NCBI GenBank assembly: GCA_028826165.1
Contig: JAPDFW010000075.1
Location: forward strand, 62,001 to 126,000
Direction: 5' to 3'
DNA: 64,000 nucleotides
Source of the DNA: Anaeramoeba ignava BMAN
Taxonomy: Eukaryota; Protista; Anaeramoebae
Shown: piece after piece, positions 31,401-44,234 of the stretch
Layout of the letters: every line of letters begins with the position of its first letter
Numbering within the stretch: the stretch's first letter is position 1
The notes under the pieces: generated by a model
Databases searched by the model: none
The model's input: only the letters and a program-made list of their open reading frames with translations
What the model was told of the DNA's origin: nothing
Translations under genes and position numbers: made by a program

Positions 31401-33219
31401 CAATTTGATTTTCATTTTCATTTTCATTTTCATTTTCATTTTCATTTTGATTAAGAGAATAAATTATATTTTTCTTGAATATTTCACTTAATTTTAAAAT
31501 TGATTGTTCTCGAATTTGATAATTTCGATCAAATATTCTATCTGAACATTCATCAATTAATTTTAATGAAATTTTAGAAATATTTTGATTTGCAATATCA
31601 CAAATATTATTTATAGCTTTCATTCTTGTTTTTTCATCTGGATCATTAAGTCTTTCTGAAAGATAATTTTCAATATTTTCTGAATTTAAATTTAAATTTT
31701 CATTTTCATTTTCATTTAAATTTTGATTTGAAATTATATTTAAATTTGAATTTAAAATATAATTTTTGCTAAAATCAATCATTTCTCTTCTAATTTCTGG
31801 ATTTTTATCAACAAATCTCCCTAAAAATTCATGAAATAATTTTGAATAAGAATTTGCAAAAATACAATTTCTGAAAGTAAATAAACGTGAAAGAAGTTTT
31901 GTAAATTGTTTTCTTTTATTATCATCATCAGTTGAAAGCGTATGAACAAGAAGTGGAAGTATTTGTAATCCACTTGTTTGTTTTAATGTTATTAATTCAT
32001 ATATCATTTCAATTTCTTTTTTTCCACTTTTTCTTTTTGTTTTTCTTTTTGTTTTCTTTTTTTTGTTTTCTTTTTCTTTTTCTTTTTCTTTTTCTTTTTC
32101 TATTGTAACTAATTTTGTAATTTCATTTTTGAGAAATTGTATAATTGGTTGTTCAAATGATTTTCCTGAACTACTTATAATTTGTCTATAAAATTCATAT
32201 AATTTATCTTTTTTCTTTTTTTTTTCCAAATATTTTTAAATTTAATTTTTAATTAATTTTTAATTAAATTTTGAATTTACCTTTATTGAATCTTTAAATT
32301 GATAAATAATTAAATTAAATGTTTCTGAAGGAATTAATTCAATACTTTCAATACAATTCACAATTATTTGTGAATTTATTTTAAAAAGTAATTCAATATT
32401 TTCTAAATTTATCATTTTCAAAACAATTTCTAAAAATTCTATTTTTGTTTCATCTTCAATTTCTTTATAAATATATTTTGCAAAACTAAGTGCTTCAATA
32501 AATTTGATTTGATTTGAATCTGGTATTTCTTTTTCTGTAATTTTTTTGAGTTCTTTATTTATCAATTTACTTATTTTTTTCATTTTTTCTTTTTCAATAA
32601 TTTCTTCTTCAATTTCAAAAATTGAAAGTGTTTTGAATAAATTGATAATAATTATTTCCATTAAAATTCTTTCTTCTGAATTTTTATTTTTGATAATTTC
32701 TGTTTCTAAAATTGTTTTGATAAGTTTTTTAATTGAATAAATAATTGATGAAATTGTTTTAATTGAACTTTTATTGATTTTTTCAATTATTTTTTCAATT
32801 TCCTATTTAAAAATAAAATCAAGAAAATAATTATTTTAATATTATATTTAATTTTATATTCAATATTATATTTAATATTATATTTAATATTATATTTAAT
32901 TTTATATTTAATTTTATATTTAATATTATATTTAATTTTATATTTAATATTATATTTAATTTTATATTTAATATTATATTTAATATTATATTTAATATTA
33001 TATTTAATTTTATATTTAATATTATATTTAATATTATATTTAATATTATATTTAATATTATAAATTGGTTTTTACTTTAATTTTCTTTTTTTCTTCTTTT
33101 TTTGTTTTATTTTTTTTTTTTTTTTTGAAAAAATTTATAAATTCTTTTGTTTTTTGAATAAATTCTTCAAAAATAATTTCTTCTTCATTTTTCTTTTCTT
33201 GATTTTCTTCTTTATTCAT
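28486..33219 (-). CDS. PDS5: PDS5 copy B (3 exons; large last exon uninterrupted)
   Basis: 1247-aa open frame 28486-32229, plus upstream exons at ~32281-32802 and 33076-33219 (ATG 33219, MNKEENQEKK). Confidence 0.9.
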
Positions 33220-33385
33220 TTTATTTTTTTTTATTAAATTTTTTAAATAAAAAATAAATTTAAAATAAATTTAAAAGGAAAAAAATGAAATTTTTAATTT
33301 TAAATTTTAATTATTTTTTTTAACGAAATTTTTTTTTTATTATTTTTAACGAATTTTTTTTTTCATTTTTTTCTTTTTTTTAAAA

Positions 33386-33967
33386 ATGGATCCAAAACAA
33401 AATCAACAACAAAATCAACAACAACAAAATCAACAACAAAATCAAAGTGTAGAAGATGTTGGATTACTTATTAAAAATATGGTTGATAGTCTTCAAACTA
33501 AATTTGAACAAACATCTGAACAAATTTTACAAAAAAGTAATTAATTAATTTCCCTTTTCTCTTTTTTAATTTTATTTTATTTTATTTTAATAATAATTTT
33601 ATTAACTAATCTTTTATTTTATTTCTTTTTATTTCTTTTATTTTTACAAAAACTTATTTTACTTTATTTACAACTTTATTTATAACTTTATTTATAACTT
33701 TATTTATAACTTTATTTATAACTTTATTTATAACTTTATTTATAATTTTATTTATAACTTTATTTACAATTTTATTTACAATTTTATTTATAACTTTATT
33801 TATAACTTTATTTATAAATTTATTTATAACTTTATTTATAACTTTATTTATAACTTTATTTATAAATTTAAACAAAAAAAAAAGTTGATTCAATGACAAG
33901 TAGAATTGATGATTTAGAAAAATTAATTGATGAAATTGAAAAACAACAAAAAGAACAACAAAAATAA
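33386..33967 (+). CDS. HSBP1: Heat shock factor binding protein 1 (HSBP1), copy B; exons 33386-33536 and 33885-33967; absent from the ORF track
   Basis: Spliced product MDPKQNQQQ...[57 protein letters not shown] matches the HSBP1 consensus ([25 protein letters not shown]). Confidence 0.92.
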
Positions 33968-34104
33968 TTTACAAAATTAAAAATTTGAAATCATTTTTTT
34001 TTCATTTTTCATTTTTCATTTTTTAAAAATAAATAATTTTGAAAAAAAGAAAAAGAAAAAAACATAAATTTTTTTATAATTTAATTTATAAATAAATAAT
34101 AAAA

Positions 34105-37100
34105 ATGATTGGATTTGATTATGAAATTGAAAATTATTTAAATTATAATAAAAATTATCATTATAAAAATAATAAAAAATCAAAATCAAAAATTAAAACA
34201 AAATATCCTTTTCCAAAATTGCAAAAAAATCAATTTAATCAAAATCAAAATCAAAATGAAAAATTTATTTCTTCTTCATTAAATTTAATTCCAATATCAA
34301 AAGAACTTCTTAATTCAACTCATCTTCCATTTGGAATATCTATTCAACCTTTTGCACAATTTAATCAAATTCAAAATCAAAATCAAAATCAAAATCAAAA
34401 TCAAAATCAAAATCAAAATGAAAATCTAAAATCAAAATCAAAATCAAAATCAAAATCAAAATCAAAATCAAAATCAAAATCAAAATCAAAATCAAAATCA
34501 AAATCAAAATCAAAATCAAAATCAAAATCAAAATAAAATTCCAGTTATTGATTTTTTTGAAAATGAACCAATAATTTGTAGAAGATGTGGAGGATATTTA
34601 TCACCATTTTCAAAAATTAATGAATTTGAAAATAATTGGGAATGTTCTTTATGCAAAACATTAAATTCAATACCTTCTTATTATTTTTCAATTTTAAATC
34701 AAAATATTCATCAAATAACTTCAAATCAATTAATTGAAATTATTATTAATTCAAATCAAAATATAAATGAATTAAAATATTTATTTATTATTGAAAAAAC
34801 CCAAAAAATGATTGAATCAAATATTTTCAATTTAATTATTTCATCTATTTTAAAAATTATTGAAAATCAAAATCAAAATCAAAATCAAAATCAAAATCAA
34901 AATCAAAATCAAAATCAAAATCAAAATCAAAATCAAAATCAAAATCAAAATCAAAATGAAAATGATCTGTTTCCAAAAAAACCAAAATGTAAAATTGGAT
35001 TAATTACATTTAATAAATCAATTCAAATTTATAATTTCAATCAAAATTCAAGATTTGAAAGTGAAATTATTACAGATATTGATGATATTTTTATTCCAAT
35101 TCCAGAATCATCAATATTTATTGATATTTATGAAAATGAAGATAATAAAAATAAATTAAAAGAATATCTAAATATAATTATATCTTCTTCTTTAAATGAA
35201 AATGAAAATGATAATAATTTTATTGATGATTATGATAAATCAAATCATTCTTCATTTGGAGTTGCTATTGAATTAGGAAGTTTAATTCTTGTAAATTATT
35301 TTCATTTTTAAAATTTTTTTAAAAATTAAAATAAAAAAATTAAATAAAAAAAAAGCAAAAAAGTGGAGGAAAAATTATCACATTTAATTCAACATTACCA
35401 AATTATGGAAAAGGAAAATTTGATTTAGATTTAAATTTAAATTCAAATTCAAATCAAAAAGAAAAAGAAAAATTTAATTTTGAAATTGAAAATCAACATT
35501 ATCAAAAAATTGGAAAATTTTGTTTTGAAAATAAAATAAGAATTGATTCATTTATATTTAGAGAAAATAATATTAATCTTTCAACTTTAAGTATTTATTT
35601 TCAAAAATAATTCAATTTAATAAATATTTTATTTTATTTATTTTATTATTAAAAAACAAAAGTAAAAATGAATGAAATAAGTGGAGGAAATGTTTATTAT
35701 TATGATTTTTATAATGGAATCAAAAATTTTCAAAAAGAAAATGAAAAAGAAAAGAAAGAATTGAAAATGAAATTAAAAAATTAATCAATAAAGAAGAAGG
35801 ATTTTTTGTAATTATGAGACTTAGAACAAGTCAAGGTATTTTTATTATTTATTAAAATAATTATTTAATATTTTATTTATTAAAATAAACAAATAAAGGA
35901 ATCAAAATATCAAATGTTTTATATGGAATGGATGAAGTTATTATGAATCAAAATTCAGAAATATTTTTACCAACAATAGATTGTGATCAATCAATAACAT
36001 TTCTTTTAGAACATGATTCTAGATTAAAAAATCAAACAAATATTTATATTCAATTTGCAATGATTTATTCAAATAATAAACAAAATAATGAAAAAAGAAA
36101 AAGAAGAATAAGAATATTTAATCTTGAATTGAAAACTTCATCAAATTTAAAAGAAATATTTGAAAAAGCAAATCAAGAAGTTATTATTAGTATTTTATCA
36201 AAAAATACAGCAAAAGAAATCAAAAATTATAAAATTGAAGAAATCAAAAAAAGAATAATTAAAAAATGTGAAAAAATAATTGGATTTTATCAACAATTTT
36301 GTTTAGATCGAAAAGAAAAAGAAAAAGAAAAAGAAAAACAAATCAAAAATTTCAAACTTCCAAAAAAATTAAAATATTTACCAATTTATTGTTTTGGATT
36401 ATTAAAAAATCAACTTTTAGATTTGTATCAATTTTAATTTATTTATTATATTTATTAATTTATTTATTTAATTATTTAATTATTTAAAAAACAAAAGAGA
36501 AGAAACAGAAGATAAAATAATTTCAATTATTCTTTATATTAAAACTTCACCAATTCATTTAATTTTAAAATTTCTTTATCCAATATTAATTGAATTTCAA
36601 AATCAAAATCAAAATGAAAATCAAAATCAAAATCAAAATCAAAATCAAAATCAAAATGAAAATCAAAATGAAAATCAAAATGAAAATCAAAATGAAAATC
36701 AAAATCAATTAATGATATTAAATAATTTAAGACTTTCAAGTGGAAGTTTAAAACTTAAAGAAGCATTTTTAATTGATAATGGATTAAATACTATTTTATG
36801 GATTGGAAAAGAAATTTCAAATGATTTTTTAAAAGAACATTTAAATATTCCATCAAAAAATCAATTAATTGTAAAATCAAAAAATCAAATTATTTTAAAT
36901 TTTAAATTTTTAATTTTAAATTTTTAATTTTATAAAAAAAAATAAAAAGGAAAATGAAAATGAAAATGAATGGAATATTTCAAAAACAATCCAAAATTTA
37001 ATTCAAGAAATTAATAAAGAAAATTCAAGAAATTTAAATTTCTCAATAATTTCAAGAAATTCAAAAAATGAAAAATTATTTTTAAAATTAATGATTGAAG

Positions 37101-37168
37101 ATAGAACAGAAAAAACAAATTCATATATTAATTTTTTTGATTCATTATTAGAAAATAAATATTTTTAA
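34105..37168 (+). CDS. SEC24: COPII coat subunit SEC24-like, divergent, multi-exon, with NQ tracts and frameshifts
   Basis: LPFGISIQPFA; zinc finger CRRCGGYLSPF...WECSLC (34578-34655); KIGLITFN; GGKIITFNSTLPNYGKG; IMRLRTSQGI; IQFAMIY...RRIRIFN; LKYLPIYCFGLLK; AFLIDNG..ILWIG; LMIEDR...SY. Confidence 0.88.
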
Positions 37169-37182
37169 ATTAAATTAATTTT

Positions 37183-38606
37183 TTAAATGAAATAAGTTTC
37201 AAGTTCATCAACAACCCATGAATTATAAGAACCAGTTAAATAATTTTTAGCTTCATTTGATCTGGGAGTAATTTCATTAGGAATATTATAATAAACACCA
37301 GTATTTGAATAACCAGGTTGTAAATTAGAAAGTAAATAAATATCATTTCCAAATAATAAACCATAATCTGAATGTGAATAAATTGCATTTGATTCTTGAC
37401 CTTTTTTAATTGAAAGTTTTTCTGGTTTTCTATCGTTTTTATCATTTCTTAATGAAAAAATAAATGAATTTGAATCATAAATCCATCTTTTATCTTTTTT
37501 AAATCCAATTGAAGTAAATCCTCCAAAAATATAATTATCTTTGGTTTTGATAATAATTAATGTTTTTCCTTTATCATCACATTTGGAATGCCATTTTTTA
37601 CAATCAAATTCTTCTTTTTTTGTTGAAAATCTTAATTTCATTTTGAAAAAGAAATTATCATCGTTTATCCATTCTTTTATAAGATTGAAATGTTTTCCTT
37701 CTTCAATAATTGTTGATTTAAAATGAAATCTTGTTTTGAAAATGAATGAATTTTGATTTTCTTTTTCAATAAATTCTTTTAATTCTTTTTCATTTTCTTC
37801 TTGAAATTTTTGGAATTGAATTAATTTTTGTGAAATTTGATTTGGAATTAAATCTTCTTTCAAAGTATTTTCAAGTTCTTTTTTTGAGAAATCAATAAAT
37901 CTTATTTTTTCAATAATATTGGAAATTTGATTTTGTAATTTTTCTTTTTCTTCTTTTTCAAGTTCTTGATTTTCTTGATATTTGATTTATGTTTTCCCCA
38001 TTTGATTATTGATTGAAAAATTTCAATTTCATTTGTTGGAATAAAATCATTTAATAATATTGAATTTAAATGATTTTCTTCAAGTTCAAGAAAAAATGAA
38101 GTTTTAATAAATTTTTCAAAATTTTCTAAAATAAATTTATAAGCAAAATCTATTAATTGATTGAAGTCCATTGATTCAGATAATTTAAGAATATCAACAA
38201 TAGTTTCAAATTGGAAATTGTTTTTGATAAAATTTGAACAAATTTCAATTAATTCATCAATTAAATATTTTGATGAAAAAATTAAAATTTCAATAGCATT
38301 TTCTAAATTAATTTCAATTTTTCCTGAATAAAAATAATTCAAAATTGGAAATAGAATTGAACTTGAAACATCTTTTAGAATTAATTTATTTTCTTGATAT
38401 TCTTTCATTTTAGATTTAAAAAGAGATTTAAAATAATAACTTCTTGAAGAAAGAATTGATTTATGAGTTTTAAATGAAGTTTTATTTTGTTCACAAATTA
38501 TTTCAAAATCAAAATAACTTTCTTCTTCTTTTTCATTTTGATTTTGATTTTGAAATAAATTTTTTAAATCATTTGAAAGTTTTTCTAAATTTGAATAAGT
38601 TTTCAT
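37183..38606 (-). CDS. BTB/POZ-BACK + TLDc domain protein (one frameshift near 37900-37975 joins the two ORFs)
   Basis: FKTHKSILSSRSYYFKSLF...ILNYFYSGKI (BTB); EIEIFQSIIKWG (BACK); WHSKCDDKGKTLIIIKTKDNYIFGGFTS...FIFSL...VDELETY (TLDc). Confidence 0.92.
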
Positions 38607-38649
38607 TTTATATAAAAAATTTGGAAAAGAAAAAAAATGAAAAATGAAA

Positions 38650-39470
38650 AATAAATTTATTTACAAATTTATTTATAAAATTATTTACAAATTTATTTAC
38701 AAATTTATTTATAAATTTATTTTACAAATTTATTTTAAAAATTGAAATAAAAATTAATTGAAAAAAGTGGAATAAAAATTGGAATAAAATTATTTATAAA
38801 ATTATTTATAAATTTATTTATAAATTTATTTACAAAATTATTTACAAATTTATTTATAAATTTATTTAAAAAATTATTTACAAATTTATTTATAAAATTA
38901 TTTATAAATTTATTTTACAAAATTATTTACAAATTTATTTTAAAAATTTTATTTACAAATTTATTTTACAAATTTATTTATAAAATTATTTTTACAAATT
39001 TATTTTATAAATTTATTTACAAATTTATTTTTTACAAATTTATTTATAAATTTATTTATAAATTTATTTTACAAATTTATTTACAAATTTATTTACAAAT
39101 TTATTTATAAATTTATTTTACAAAATTATTTACAAATTTATTTTATAAAATTATTTACAAATTTATTTATAAATTTATTTACAAATTTATTTACAAATTT
39201 ATTTACAAATTTATTTACAAATTTATTTACAAATTTATTTACAAATTTATTTATAAATTTATTTACAAAATTATTTATAAAATTATTTACAAAATTATTT
39301 ACAAATTTATTTACAAAATTGAAATAAAAATTAATTGAAAAAGTGGAATAAAAATTGGAATAAATTTATTTACAAAATTATTTACAAAATTATTTATAAA
39401 TTTATTTTAAAAAATTGAAATAAAAATTGATTGAAAAAAGTGGAATAAAAATTGGAATAAAAAATTGTGA
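38650..39470. repeat. Intergenic (AAATTTATTTAC)n 12-mer array punctuated by three copies of AAAATTGAAATAAAAATT(A/G)ATTGAAAAAGTGGAATAAAAATTGGAATAAA
   Basis: Directly visible; motif copies near 38740-38790, 39316-39365 and 39412-39462. Confidence 0.85.
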
Positions 39471-39692
39471 ATTAAATTTTTATTTTAAAAAAAAATATCA
39501 TTAAAAAAATATATATTTTTAAATAAAAATTAAATTAGAATTAGAAATTAGAAATTGATTAAAAATTTTTTTTTCCTAATTAAATTTTAATTAAAATAAA
39601 GGGAAAAAAATTTAAATTAAAATTTTTTCATTTTTTTTTTCTTTTTCATTTTTATTTTTTTATCCCTTTTTTTTTTATTTAAAAGATCTATA

Positions 39693-42600
39693 ATGAAAAA
39701 TAATTTTAATTTTAATTATAATGAAATTGAAAATGAAGAAAGTAATGAAAGCAATAATACAGAACCAATTAATGTTTGTTATTTTATTTTTATAATAAAT
39801 TTCAATTAAAAAAAACTAAAAAAATTAAAAAATAAAATAGAAAACAATTATAAAAACAGATTTACAAGAAAATTCAATTAGAACTTTTTCAGAACCAATT
39901 TTAAATTCTATAAAAAAATCAATTCTAAAAAAATCAAAAGAAGAAAATAATAACAATATTATTTCAAAAATTATAAATGAATTATTTAAAAATCAAAATG
40001 AAATTGAATTAAAATTTAAAAGAATGAATTATTTACTTCATTTTGTAAGTTTTCTTTTTTTAAATTTATTTTAAAATTAATTTATTTTTTAATTATTTTT
40101 TTTTTAGAAATCAAAATCAAAATGAAAATCAAAATGAAAATGAAGAATTTGAAATTAATTCATTTGTTAAAAACTTTTTTAGTCCAAATTCTATTTTTAA
40201 AATTATCAATTTAATTTCTTCAAAAGGATTTAATTTAATTCAAAATTTATTTTTTTCAGAAATGAATGAAAAATTTCAATTCAAAAAGAAAAGAAAAAGA
40301 AATAATTTTAAATAGATTTATTCAATTTATTCAAGATCCAATTCAAAAATTAAAAAAAATTCAATTAAATGAAAATCAAAATCAAAATGAAATTGAATTT
40401 GAATTTGAAATTGAAAACGAATTTGAAAACGAATTTGAATTTGAAAATGAAAATGAAAAATTAATTGTTTTTGTTTTAATCAAATTTATAATTCCAATTT
40501 GTGTAAATGATATGATTTTTGGAAATTATAAAAGAAGAAAATGATAAATATCTTGAATTTATAATACAAAATATAGATAAATTAGATTATTCAAGAAAAA
40601 TTCATATTCAAACAATTCAATTATTTTCTTATATTCTTAATTTTATTTATTCAAATTTTCAAGATGAATTAATTTTAAATTTGATTAATTTATTCAAAGA
40701 AAAATTAAAAAAATTTCCAGAAGAAGAAAGAAAAGAAAATATTATTTTGAAAAAGAAAATAATATTTTAAAACAAGAAACTTATATTTTAAATGTTAACT
40801 CTAATTTTTGTAAACTATTTAAATGCTTAAAAATTTAAAAGTTTCAGAAGTTATCGAAAAATTTAATGAAAAATATTTAATAAAAAATCAAGAATATGGA
40901 ATATTTTATCAACCAAAAAAAATGAAAAAAGAAGGAAATAATTATAAATTTTTAAAAAACGAAGAATATATTAAAGAATATAAAGAAAATTTATTGGAAA
41001 TTCGAAAAAAACCCAAAAACAAAATTGATTTAATTTTACCACAAAATCCAAATGATTTAACACCAAGATGGAAATCAGTTTCAATTTATCAAAAAATAAA
41101 AGATTTAATAATAGATACTTGCAAAGAATTATCATTCCCAAATTATGATGATTATGGATTAAAATTAGAAAATCCAATTAATTTATCCAAACAAATATCA
41201 ATATCAAAATCTATATCAATATCAACATCATTATCATTATCCAAATCAAGTTTAATTTCAAATTCAATTTCAATTCCAAATTTAAATTCAATTTCAAATT
41301 CAAAAAATTTTAATGAATATTTAGAAAAAGATCCAAATCAATATTCATTTATTCCAATAAACAAAGAAACTAATTTTCAAACTATTAAATCTAAAAAACA
41401 TTTTGGAGTTTGGATGGATACAAATGATGAACAATATTTATATGATTATATTTATCAATATTATGTAATTTAAATTTAAATTTAAAAATAAAAAATTAAA
41501 AATCAAAAATCAAAAAATAAATTAAAAATAGGTTGATGGATATTTATTTATTAGTTTACAACCTAAACCAGCACCAATAACAATAATTTATCCAACTTAT
41601 GATTTGAAAACAAATCAAAAAATATCAGAAAAAGAAGTGAATATTATTGTTGATTTTACAATCAAAGTGAAAACTCTTATTCAAGAATTTTGCAGAAATT
41701 ATGAATTAAAATGCAAAAAAGAAACAGAATATGCATTATATTTAATACATTTTAAGAAAAGTATTCATCATATAAAAAGAATATCATTATTTTATCGAGA
41801 AGAATTAGAAAAAAAAGAAGAAGAAATAATAATTGAAGATGAAGATGATGAATTTAAAAGTGAAGATTTTATTTCTGAAATTGAAGATTTTGTAATTTAT
41901 GAAGAAGATAATCAAGAAAATGAAAAAAATAAAAATCAAGAAAAATGAAAAATATATGGAGAAATTACTGAATTAAGTTTATTAGATGAAGAATTAACAC
42001 TTGCAATTCAAGGAGTTAAATTGGGAACTGTTTTAAAATTACTTCCAATTCATAAATCAATTATAGATCCAAATCAATTAAAAAATAAGAATGAAAAAAG
42101 AATAGAAATAAATGATAATCCAAATGAAACAAAAATGAAAGAAAAAAGTAAAAAGAATCCAAAAAAAAATTATTTATTAATTAAATTTATTAAATTTATT
42201 ATTAAATTTATTATTTGTTTTTGAAAAGTTAATGATGAATTAGGATTTTGGGAAGAAATTGGAAATAATATTGAAAATATCATTTGGGAAGCAGAAACAA
42301 AAGGAAAATATTTATTTGAGAAAATTAGAGGAGCAAGTTTAAATAAATCTATTGAACTTTTAACATCTAAAAAAGGATTTGCATCAACATTTGTTGATAT
42401 TTTTTTAGAACTTCTTCCAACAATTACAAATGAAGTTTTATTTATTCAAAAATTATTTGAAAGATATAATATTCCAATAGAATTAAAAGAAGAAAATGAA
42501 GAAAATATTATTCAAGAAAAAGTTATGGAAGTAATTTGTTATAAGATTGAAATGAATCCTTATCATGTTTTAAAAGAAGTTAAATCAATGATAAATCATT

Positions 42601-43564
42601 TTATAAATGAAATTGTTGATAAAAATCAAAATGATAAAATTATAATGAAAGGAAGAAAAATTAAAGATTTATTAGAACATAAAGAAAAAACAAGAAAAAA
42701 AACAGTATGGATGACTTATGATAATGATAATGATAATGATAATGATAATGATAAAATAATAAGAAGAAGAATGAGCAATGAAGAATTTAAATTAGCACCA
42801 AAACCTCAAATACCCAAAAATATTGATCCAATGAAAATTCAATTAATGAAAATTAAAGATATTGAAATTGCAAGACAAATAACACTTCATACACATAATT
42901 TATTCACTAAAATTAAAACACAAGAATTACTTAATCATTCTTGGACAAAGAAAAATAAAAAGAACTTAGTCCAAATATTACTTCATTAATTAGAAGATTT
43001 AATTATATTTCTGATTGGGTTTCTAGTCAAATTTTAAAAGAAAAGAAAATGAATAAAAGAGTAAAAATTATGAAGAAAATGATTCAAATTATTGAAGAGT
43101 TATTTTTGATTCGAAATTATAATGATGTAATGTGTTTTGTAGCAGGAATTCAAAATTCATCAATTTCAAGATTAACAAAAACATGGAAGAAAATACCAAA
43201 AAAGATTCGAGAAAGATATGAATATTTCAATTCAATAACAAGTGCATTAGGAGGATTTAAAGAAATGAGAAATTTAGTTGATTCAGCAGAATTACCAACA
43301 ATTCCATATCTTGGAGTTTATTTATCAGATTTAACTAATATTGATGAAGTTCCAAATCGAATTGAAAATAATTTAATTAATTGGGCTAAAAGAAGAAGAA
43401 TGTTTGATGTTATTAAGAAAATTAAAAAATTTCAATCAAAAGAATATAATTTTATGTTAATAAGTGAAATTAAACAATTTTTTGAAAGAGAACCTGTTTT
43501 AAATGAAGATCAAATGTGGGAATTATCTTTACAAATTGAAGCTTATCAAGAAGGTCAATTTTAA
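39693..43564 (+). CDS. Ras guanine nucleotide exchange factor (REM + CDC25 domains; possible ubiquitin-like/RA modules upstream), multi-exon, with frameshifts
   Basis: IRGASLNKSIELLT...FVDIFL...KLFERY (REM); EIARQITL...ELLNHSWTKK, NYNDVMCFVAGIQNSSISRLTKTW, PTIPYLGVYLSDLTNIDE, LINWAKRR (CDC25). Confidence 0.92.
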
Positions 43565-43584
43565 TTTTCTCTTTCTTTTTTATT

Positions 43585-44065
43585 TTAAATTTATTCTATT
43601 ATTAAAAAATTAAAAACAACAAATATATTATTTTTAATTAAATTATTTTATAATATTATTTTATAATTTAATTTTCCAAAATTATTAAATCGGATAAAAA
43701 TTTTTTATTAATATTTTTAAATTAAATAAATAATAAAATTATTAATTATTAAATTAGATTATTTTTAATTAAATTATTTTTAATTTATTCTATTATTCAA
43801 TTTAATAATTTATAATTTAATTTTATTATTAATTTTATAATTTAATTTTTCAAAATTATTAAATCGGATAAAAATTTTTTTATTAATATTTTTAAATTAA
43901 ATAAATAAAATTATTAATTATTAAATTAGATTATTTTTAATTAAATTATTTTAAATTTATTCTATTATTTAATTTAATTATTTTTAATTAAATTATTTTA
44001 TAATATTTAATTTATAATTTAATTTTTCAAAATTATTAAATCGGATAAAAATTTTTTTATTTAAA
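43585..44065. repeat. About 2.7 tandem copies of a ~175-bp AT-rich unit between convergent genes
   Basis: The marker AAAATTATTAAATCGGATAAAAATTTTTT recurs at ~43680, ~43853 and ~44030. Confidence 0.8.
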
Positions 44066-44234
44066 AAAATTTCAAAAAAAAAAAAAGGAATTGAATTAAA
44101 AATAAATTTTCTTTTGATTTTGTTTTCTTTCTGAAAAAAAAAAAGGAAATTAATTCATATTAAATTTTCATTTTCTTCTTTTTTCATCCTTTTTCTAAAG
44201 TAAAATAAAAATTGATAATTAATATTAAAAAGAA

